A stretch of DNA of 26,936 nucleotides from Candidatus Thorarchaeota archaeon (lineage in GTDB: Archaea > Asgardarchaeota > Thorarchaeia > Thorarchaeales > Thorarchaeaceae): positions 1 to 26,936 of the forward strand of contig DXJO01000019.1 in assembly GCA_019057475.1 (NCBI GenBank), given 5' to 3'. Made by a program: the position numbers and the translations under genes. Under the pieces are notes generated by a model. That model did no database searches. It saw only the letters and a list, made by a program, of their open reading frames with translations, and had not been told where the DNA came from. Below are positions 1 to 7,071 of this stretch, one piece after another. Positions within the stretch are counted from its first letter, which is position 1; each line of letters opens with the position of its first letter.

Positions 1-227
1 GTAGAATCTGCAAAGCAGACCTCAATGAATCAGGAACCGAACATCAGTCAAGGACATTGATGTCCAGGATTGTGCAAGTTTCGGGCAACGGCTTTGCCCT
101 TGCTCCTATCCCTAGGATACCGATAGATAGGCTAATAAGCCAAACAGATGGGCGAGTGATAGAATCCCGGAACGCCATCCAAAACGCCCCAATTTGGGTC
201 GGGAAAGGGATCTAGGAGACCAAGACA

Positions 228-647
228 TTGGCAAGAACGAAAAAAGTCGGTAGTACAGGACGATATGGCGTTAGGTATGGGGCCAAACTACGGCGCAGAG
301 TTCTTGATATCGATAGGAAGCGTGCAGAGCCAGTGCGCTGTCCAGCGTGTGCCACCAAAGCTCTCAGGCGGGTGGCCGTTGGACTCTGGAGATGCAGAAA
401 GTGTGAGCTTCTCTTTGCTGGAGGAGCGTACGTTCCCTTCACAGACGCTGGGAAGGCCGCAAAGCGCGTTATAGCCCAAAGAGTTGCTGGTGACTTCCTT
501 GCTCTCAGAAGTGATGACGAGGAAGTTGTTCCGGAGTTCATGACACCTATCTCGAAAGAGATTGAGGAATCCGCAGAAGCCTCTCCAACTGAGGTGGATG
601 AAGGTCTCGAAACCGAAACTCCAGAGGTTTCTCCAGAAGAGGGCTAA
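228..647 (+). CDS. rpl37ae: 50S ribosomal protein L37Ae (eL43) with acidic C-terminal extension
   Basis: N-terminus KKVGSTGRYGVRYGAKLRRR, C4 zinc ribbon CPAC...WRCRKC and the FAGGAY motif; TTG start with GGAG upstream; position at the head of the Brix/pcc1/pfdB gene order. Confidence 0.96.
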   Translation: MARTKKVGSTGRYGVRYGAKLRRRVLDIDRKRAEPVRCPACATKALRRVAVGLWRCRKCELLFAGGAYVPFTDAGKAAKRVIAQRVAGDFLALRSDDEEVVPEFMTPISKEIEESAEASPTEVDEGLETETPEVSPEEG

Positions 648-670
648 GAGTAGACGCGAATCTCGTAATG

Positions 671-683
671 GGTTCCGTAACTG
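671..683 (+). repeat. 13-bp direct repeat, left copy (GGTTCCGTAACTG)
   Basis: Exact match to 9289-9301. Confidence 0.95.
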
Positions 684-712
684 CTTCAATGAACTTAGCC
701 AATCTTGGACAT
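684..712 (+). repeat. Left-end imperfect inverted repeat / putative TnpA-binding motif array
   Basis: CTTCAATGAA-CTTAGCCAATCTTGGACAT aligns to the reverse complement of 9259-9288 (GTTCATTGAAACTTGGACAAAGTTGGACAT) at 23 of 30 columns. CTT-initiated units fall at 684, 694 and 704 (10-bp period). Confidence 0.8.
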
Positions 713-718
713 TTATTA
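712..718 (+). promoter_or_regulatory. Possible TATA box for tnpA (leaderless)
   Basis: TTTATTA about 24 nt upstream of the ATG at 742, abutting the left-end motif array. Confidence 0.35.
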
Positions 719-741
719 GGTGACTATTGAAGTAAAGACCT

Positions 742-1330
742 ATGTTCTCAGTATCACAGGTTGCTCTCAGACTTGGTGTGTGTTCAAAGACCTTTAGACA
801 GTGGGACAAGAAAGGTCACATCAAGTGCTTGCGTACTCCAGGCGGACACCGGAGGATACCACTATCCGAGGTCAATAGACTCCTTGGTAAGTTGCACAGA
901 CAACTCATTGAAGGCCCATTTCGAAAACAGTGCGCGGTCTATGCACGAGCTTCAGACCATCGTCAGAAGACTGATGGTGCTCTTGATAGACAACTCAAGG
1001 TCCTTACTCAGGAATGCAAAAAACGCTACAGGACCAGTCCTTTAGTCTTCACTGACATTGGCTCAGGACTCAACATGCGGCGGAGGGGACTCAAGAAACT
1101 CCTTACATTGGCACAGAGAACAACTGTCAGTACTCTCATCATCACACATAAGGACAGACTAACCCGGTTCGGTCTAGAACTCATAGAACGTATACTCGAA
1201 GACTACGGTGTCAGACTTGAAGCCCCTATCAACCTGAACAGCAGAGTCCACAGGAGGAACTTGTCACTGATATGATGCACTCCTCGCATCCTTCTCTAGT
1301 AGGATCTATGGATTCCGATCGGGACAGACA
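742..1330 (+). pseudogene. tnpA: IS607-family serine transposase TnpA with two frameshifts near the 3' end (true pseudogene or sequencing error); 3' limit approximate
   Basis: N-terminal MerR-like wHTH (VALRLGVCSKTFRQWDKKGHIKCLRTPGGHRR) and serine recombinase motifs YARAS, DIGSGLN and THKDRLTRFG. The in-frame ORF stops at 1275. The canonical C-terminus continues in shifted frames: QQSPQEELVTDMM (frame from 1227), then ALLASFSSRIYGFRS (from 1277). Confidence 0.9.
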
Positions 1331-1343
1331 AAGATGACACAGG

Positions 1344-4300
1344 TCATTGCTCATAAAATCTCACTCCTCGCTCCTCTAGCTGCACCTTGATATCATCAGT
1401 GATCTCTTCTATAACGTCCTCATCAATATCGTATTGAGTGAGCATGCTATGTACTTCTTCTTCAATTATTGTGGGTTCAATTCCTCCTGATAATTTAGTC
1501 CAGTCAAGATAGTGGTGTATCCATCCTGTCACCTTCACGTCCATACGGCTTCCGTTATCTGACACAAGAATAGCTACTATTACTTGACCTCCCGACCCAT
1601 CTCTTTGTATACTCAAGCCCTCATATTGGAACCTTACAGGCCCTTGTTCCTCAATGAGCTCAATATACTCTCCTATCTCTTCTTGGACTAGACTCTGCAT
1701 CCTCTCATTTCCCTCAAGGTCTAGCTCACTGAGTAAGACTTCCATCCCCTTCCAGAGTAGCTCTTCTAGCTTCTCAGGTTGCATTTGCTCTGCCCTACTC
1801 TGTACCATCTCGTGTTTCCTCATCTCTCCAGTTACTTGCGACAACATCCTGAACTCCACCTTGTCCAGATGGAGCTTTATTTCAGGTGTCCACTCCTCAA
1901 GGATGTACGTCCCTGGGAACACTGGTTCATCTATCACTACCTGTCCTCTGCGACGTATCTGCATTAAGTGGATGCTCTCCCTGAACTCCCTTGGAAGACT
2001 CTTCGTGTCAGGAGTGTCGAACTCATGAACCACCCACTGTTGGTCGGGCGACTGATACATGAAACACCCAGTCAACAGAATGGCTGCCAGTTCTGGACCG
2101 CCCATCCGGAACTCCTCTATCATCTTATAACTCACAGGAATTGGGTTGTCATCGACCAACTCTACTCTCCAGCAGGTCCCATGTCTGTACATCGACTCGT
2201 TCAGGAGGGGATCAGGTTGACCTTTTGAACCATCAATGCGTTCCAGATACTCCTCGACATCACTCTTAGCCTTCTGACCTCTCTTCTCCAGTTCCTCAAT
2301 GGGGACACTCCTGAGCGGGCAGACAGAGGGGTCATGGTGGACACTGAGCCTGAGTCCGGTCAGTATTTCTGCCTGTAGGAATTGCTCTGCAGTTGGTGGT
2401 AGTCCCATCGTGGTGAACTTGAACGGACTCTTCCTCTCTACCCATGGTCTGAAGACCGTTGCATCACCCTTGTACTCGATGTCACTGAACCTGTTCCATG
2501 CAAACCGTCGTCCATTCACAACGACAGGTTCACACTCATAGTCAGGTCTGTGGAGCAGCTCCAGCGCATCCACAGTCCTCTTCACGAGTAGACGGACTGT
2601 TTCACCATTATCATCCAGTATCTCCTTGTCATCCTTATGAAACGTGAGCACATACATCTGTTCCTCTCTGTCAACTGATACATGACACTCCACGGACTCA
2701 CAGTTTCTGAATACTGCATTGATGAGCTCCAGTGACAGGTCGACACGTTCTCTCAGGTCAGAGGGAGGGCTACGTACATCAGTCATATCGATTGAGATGA
2801 AATTGCGTTCCTCTCTCAGAGTGTACGACCTGAGAAGTGTCACAGGCTCTCTTCGTCTTGTGAAGTACTCTAACCGTCCAACTGGTGTCCAGCTCTCACT
2901 GCCAGGTTCAAGGATCCACAGTCCAGTGAGTCCGCGTTGTTCTGCGACCATGATGGGGGTCCTGTCCGAGAGCCTAGATGCTGTGGCACACTCGCTTAGC
3001 TTTGTGAGGTCGGTTTCTCCCCAGTGAGGCCTGTCACGGAACAGCTCTTGAAGCATTTTGAGTGGTCCCTTCAGAGAGTCTTCGTGTACAGGAACAAGAG
3101 TGGCATTCATCTCATGGCTCCCAGATCGGTTCTGAAATATTAACCAAATTCCCATGGTGTCGATGGTCGGTTCCGATGTTTCGACACACTCACGTCTGAC
3201 CAAGACCATCTCTCCAAACCTGACATTACTGGCGTGTCTTGTATTTCCAGTGAGGATTCCAAGTGCTCTAGCCCTGTTGCGAAGACTCTGGAGGAGCTTT
3301 GTCCTGTGAAGGATGGACTCCCCGGTCTTGTGTGCGTCGTGGTACTTGGGAGTGAAACCGAGTCCCGTCAGCTGCCATGGAACAACATAGTCCCAGATCT
3401 CCTGTATTGCGTGTGTCATCCTCCCCACAATCTTTGCTGACCGGACCGCAGCGAGCAGAAGCAGAAACAGATGGTTCCCGGTTATCATAAGGATGTCCGG
3501 ATGACGCCGCAACAACTGTTCGACATACTGTCGTTGATGATAATTCAGACTGGGTGGTATCCATGACCGGACCTTTCGCAGTGTGTTCCAGAGACCTCTG
3601 CTCAAGGCATCAAGCTCGAGGAAACGCCGGATCGCACGCAACGAGTTCATCGCGTCCTGAGAGCTCTCACCACGCGTTCCTCTCACGCTCACAAGTATCT
3701 CTCTAAGGTCATCAAGGAATTCACTCCATTCCTTTGACTCCAATTTGTTTCTCCTGAGAAAGCTCAGTGCCTGTCCAATCTCAGCGAGCTCATTCCTTGC
3801 AATTGTAAGGTCATCACAGCCATCCACCACCATCAGCGCTTCGTGGGGCGGCCTCGTGTTGACCTTCAGATGGTCGACACCTAGACGTGTGGTCCGGTAT
3901 TCGCGTCGATGGTTGATATGGTGCATCGGTTCGAGACGCTTGACCCTGCCATCTGTCCTCAACTCTGTTCTGAACTGGTACGGAGTGAGTGTCAACCGAG
4001 AAGAGAGTGGTGATGGAGAGTCCGGAGTGTCAGGAAGAGGTGACCTGTGTGTCTTGACCTCTTTGGCATCGAGGCTGTCCAGCATTGGCGCGCAGATATG
4101 TGGTAGGAGTTCGAGCGCTGTATCGATGTCATCCTCCCCATAGGTGGTAAGGGGTCGGCCTCTGGTACCACCAGAACCTGTAGTCTTGTGGTAGATCTTC
4201 TGTCTTGGTTCATCTTGTTTCTTCTTGCCCTCATCCGACCGGAATCTCTCACCCCATTCTCGAAGGACATCGATCACTACCAACTTGGTCTCGACATCGT

Positions 4301-6812
4301 TCGGACTCTCAATCACTATCATTCGGACATCATCGTCAGCGGGGGCGTAGGCCCCGAAGCGTGGTGGTGGCATCGGTGTGTTCCACACTATCTCATCTAC
4401 ATAGTGCATCCACGGACTGCCTGTGTAGAAGGGTCCGACACAACGAGTGTCGTATCTCTGACTGGTAGCACTGAGCGGCACTGGGCGCCCGAACCACACC
4501 AATTTGGAGTCCTTTGGAACATCATCAAGGAACTGTATCAGGAACTCGTCTAGGACATCAGTCAGGTGCGCAGGTGTACTCTTTCGGACCATGTCCCATC
4601 CAGTGACAATGATGAATGGTCTGTGAGCCTGGCTCATGACGGAACGAGTTGACTTAGTCACATCACTGATTGAGTTTCTGTCATGGATGTATGCACGAAG
4701 GACGGATGACACATTAACGAACCGGACTCGTCTCTTGACGAATCGCTGTATTGACGACGAGTGTGACTTGAGTCTGAGTCGTGTTGCTCGGAGTACAGGG
4801 TCTGAGTATTCGCCGGTGAGGTCAAACCAGACAACATCCCTGTGCTTTCCTCGCACAAGTTGATGGACATACTGCAGACCATGCCACTTGGCTGCGACTC
4901 TCGCGGCTGACTCTGCTGGTGAGCCCTTTCCCGCCACAGACAGATACAAGGTGAACTTGCGGTCATCTCTCCTCTTTCTCCGGTAGCGGAACGAGTCGAA
5001 ATGTTCGAGTCGCTGTAATGGGGTTTCAACTGTGTCGTCTGCACCCTCAGAGAACACCACCAACCCCATGTGAAGCGACCGGTCCTCCGGCTGGAGCAGT
5101 TCCCTGTCAGCGATGCGTCCCTGTTGCGTCTTCCTGTATGCATCAATGACAAGTGACGGTAGATGTTCCCGTATCTCCTCCCAGTTCTCCTTTGAGTCCA
5201 CCACAAGGACTGCCTGTATCAGGTCATCAGGGGGGGAGTCGTCAGCACGTGCTATCCTCCGATAGTCTGAGATCAGAGCAGCAGTGTATGCACTGAGCTG
5301 CCTCTTCTCGTATCTCGACGGTGTTCCAGCGATGACTCTCTCCCACTCATCGTCTGTCATCTTACGTCGGTCAAGGACAGGCTCAACGACTCTGACAGTC
5401 AGGTCTGAAGACCTTGTGCCTACAGCATACAGGTCTAGGTTGAATGAGCTCCTTGTCTTGATCTCGATCACCATGCATGGTTCCCAGACCACTGTGTCCG
5501 GGGAGTCGTCAGCGTGAGGGAGGGTCTTCCTTCTGAAGAGCACGAGATCAACGCGACCTGTGCCATCTGCAACCGACACCTCGGCTATCAGAAGTAGTCC
5601 CGAAGTATCTGGTGCCATGGTGTCCCCATAGCGGATTGGACCGTACATGGTGAAGGGCGCTCGTGTTGAGTCGGCATGAGAGATGAAGTCGTGGAGAGCG
5701 ACACCCATTCTGCGGCTCTCCTCGTTAGCTAGCTGTAGTATGTGTTCCGCATCTCTATGTGTCAGAGTCCCATTCTCAACAAGGTCTTTGACAAACTCGA
5801 TATGGATCTTCCAGTCTGGGAGTAACTCTGTCTGACACTTGTCGACAATACGGAGGATGAGACCCTTGTAATCTTCAGACTCGTAACTGGGAACTGTACC
5901 CTCATCATCAGTCTTGTTCTCATCGATTGCGGGTACATCAAAGTGGATGAGTTCATCGTCGTCAACACACGCATCGCTCAAGCTTTGGGTCATCTCTGAG
6001 TCTTGCGTTGTTTCTGTATTGTCCATACTCTGCGAAATAGTCGATGTAATAGACTGGGAGCGCCCATTCCGTTTCCCGAACTGAGTACGTATCCTAAGTA
6101 CGATCTCTCTCAGTTCCTTTGCTCCATCAGGTGTGAAGTGTGCTCGGCCAGAGCGTCTATCAGTATAGACATAGTCCAAGAAGGGTGTCAGTCTGTCTAT
6201 GAGTTCGTCGATATATCTCTTAGCTGCACGTTGAGGAAGGCCATACTTCAGACACTGTCTGCATAGTTCAATCAGGTGACTTCGAATCATGTCTGCGAAG
6301 TCTAGCTCGGGCATGGAGTGTGTTGGGATGTATTCCGGGTCACGAGAGCTTCCAGGGTAACCAAAGACCATAGATCCATCCTGATTCACAATCCGTCGAA
6401 CACCAGGGAACGGGTATCGTTCCATGGCAACATCACGCAGTCTGCTTCCAGCATAGTCCCATAACTGGTTGAGATACCTCCTGTTCTCCCCTCTCCTCTT
6501 TCGCTTCACCTCAGTGTTACCATATCTTACTGAGGTCTTCAGCATGATCTTCTGAAAGTTGCGACGGATGTTGTTCTCGACATCTTGCAGTACTGTGGCT
6601 TTTGGCGACTTTTCCTGAACAGTCTTGTAGTACTCCCTTTTAGCATCATCCCAAATCCTTCGCATACCTTTCCTGCCATTGCCTCCTCCGTAGAGAGGAT
6701 AGGTTTTGTCTGTAACCCTTTCGCGTGCAAGGACCAGTGTAGCCGAGAGTCCAAGCTTAAGTCCCCTTGTCAGCACTCTTCCGGGCTTTCTCGGAGGCGT
6801 AGGAATTGGCAT
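1344..6812 (-). CDS. Large hypothetical protein (1822 aa) with a PD-(D/E)XK nuclease domain and a degenerate P-loop-like region
   Basis: 5.5-kb uninterrupted ORF with its own BRE-TATA promoter. Nuclease motifs AEVSV..GRVDLV...VIEIKT...RQLSAY. P-loop-like motifs LSVAGKGS, VVWFDLTGEY and FIIVTGWD. Confidence 0.8.
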   Translation of the reverse strand: MPIPTPPRKPGRVLTRGLKLGLSATLVLARERVTDKTYPLYGGGNGRKGMRRIWDDAKREYYKTVQEKSPKATVLQDVENNIRRNFQKIMLKTSVRYGNTEVKRKRRGENRRYLNQLWDYAGSRLRDVAMERYPFPGVRRIVNQDGSMVFGYPGSSRDPEYIPTHSMPELDFADMIRSHLIELCRQCLKYGLPQRAAKRYIDELIDRLTPFLDYVYTDRRSGRAHFTPDGAKELREIVLRIRTQFGKRNGRSQSITSTISQSMDNTETTQDSEMTQSLSDACVDDDELIHFDVPAIDENKTDDEGTVPSYESEDYKGLILRIVDKCQTELLPDWKIHIEFVKDLVENGTLTHRDAEHILQLANEESRRMGVALHDFISHADSTRAPFTMYGPIRYGDTMAPDTSGLLLIAEVSVADGTGRVDLVLFRRKTLPHADDSPDTVVWEPCMVIEIKTRSSFNLDLYAVGTRSSDLTVRVVEPVLDRRKMTDDEWERVIAGTPSRYEKRQLSAYTAALISDYRRIARADDSPPDDLIQAVLVVDSKENWEEIREHLPSLVIDAYRKTQQGRIADRELLQPEDRSLHMGLVVFSEGADDTVETPLQRLEHFDSFRYRRKRRDDRKFTLYLSVAGKGSPAESAARVAAKWHGLQYVHQLVRGKHRDVVWFDLTGEYSDPVLRATRLRLKSHSSSIQRFVKRRVRFVNVSSVLRAYIHDRNSISDVTKSTRSVMSQAHRPFIIVTGWDMVRKSTPAHLTDVLDEFLIQFLDDVPKDSKLVWFGRPVPLSATSQRYDTRCVGPFYTGSPWMHYVDEIVWNTPMPPPRFGAYAPADDDVRMIVIESPNDVETKLVVIDVLREWGERFRSDEGKKKQDEPRQKIYHKTTGSGGTRGRPLTTYGEDDIDTALELLPHICAPMLDSLDAKEVKTHRSPLPDTPDSPSPLSSRLTLTPYQFRTELRTDGRVKRLEPMHHINHRREYRTTRLGVDHLKVNTRPPHEALMVVDGCDDLTIARNELAEIGQALSFLRRNKLESKEWSEFLDDLREILVSVRGTRGESSQDAMNSLRAIRRFLELDALSRGLWNTLRKVRSWIPPSLNYHQRQYVEQLLRRHPDILMITGNHLFLLLLAAVRSAKIVGRMTHAIQEIWDYVVPWQLTGLGFTPKYHDAHKTGESILHRTKLLQSLRNRARALGILTGNTRHASNVRFGEMVLVRRECVETSEPTIDTMGIWLIFQNRSGSHEMNATLVPVHEDSLKGPLKMLQELFRDRPHWGETDLTKLSECATASRLSDRTPIMVAEQRGLTGLWILEPGSESWTPVGRLEYFTRRREPVTLLRSYTLREERNFISIDMTDVRSPPSDLRERVDLSLELINAVFRNCESVECHVSVDREEQMYVLTFHKDDKEILDDNGETVRLLVKRTVDALELLHRPDYECEPVVVNGRRFAWNRFSDIEYKGDATVFRPWVERKSPFKFTTMGLPPTAEQFLQAEILTGLRLSVHHDPSVCPLRSVPIEELEKRGQKAKSDVEEYLERIDGSKGQPDPLLNESMYRHGTCWRVELVDDNPIPVSYKMIEEFRMGGPELAAILLTGCFMYQSPDQQWVVHEFDTPDTKSLPREFRESIHLMQIRRRGQVVIDEPVFPGTYILEEWTPEIKLHLDKVEFRMLSQVTGEMRKHEMVQSRAEQMQPEKLEELLWKGMEVLLSELDLEGNERMQSLVQEEIGEYIELIEEQGPVRFQYEGLSIQRDGSGGQVIVAILVSDNGSRMDVKVTGWIHHYLDWTKLSGGIEPTIIEEEVHSMLTQYDIDEDVIEEITDDIKVQLEERGVRFYEQ

Positions 6813-6836
6813 TTCTACCAGATATATTCATAGTTA

Positions 6837-6852
6837 TTTATATACTTTTTCG
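6837..6852 (-). promoter_or_regulatory. Archaeal BRE + TATA promoter for the 1822-aa gene (leaderless)
   Basis: The minus strand reads CGAAAAAG-TATATAAA, with the TATA box ending 25 nt before the ATG at 6812. Confidence 0.75.
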
Positions 6853-6937
6853 GGTTAGGTCTGAAAGCAATTCATCCATTTAAACCCCTTCTGTCAGACA
6901 ATCACACATTTCCGACAACACTTTAATCTAATCTTGT

Positions 6938-7071
6938 TAATATTATATCGGTGTTTATAAGGATAAACCCATCATAAGACTCTGAGGAAGGACATTGACA
7001 CAAGAAATCCAGCGCCGTCCCTGGAAGCAGTACAAGCAGCATAAGACAATGGATGGTAATATTATATCGGT
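6938..7071 (+). repeat. 15-bp exact direct repeat TAATATTATATCGGT (6938-6952 and 7057-7071)
   Basis: Two identical copies 119 bp apart around the tnpB 5' region. Confidence 0.85.
6954..6960 (+). promoter_or_regulatory. Putative TATA box for tnpB
   Basis: TTTATAA in the AT-rich divergent intergenic region, 35 nt before the TTG at 6995, with an RBS-like GAGGAAGG at 6984-6991. Confidence 0.5.

Noticed and set aside
1-227. Short hairpins (GGACA-TTGA-TGTCC 52-65; CCTATC/GATAGG 105-131) and an 11-nt match (50-60) to 6988-6998
   Set aside because: Stems are short, no tRNA or RNase P/SRP signature was recognised, and the region is truncated by the window edge.
684-741. IStron (group I intron at the left end)
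   Set aside because: Only ~60 nt lie between the left end and tnpA, leaving no room for an intron core.
1334-1350. ATGACACAGG (MTQVI) after tnpA resembling the tnpB start TTGACACAAG (MTQEI), as a scar of cargo insertion
   Set aside because: Only 7 identical nt and the tnpB start is itself uncertain; compatible with chance.
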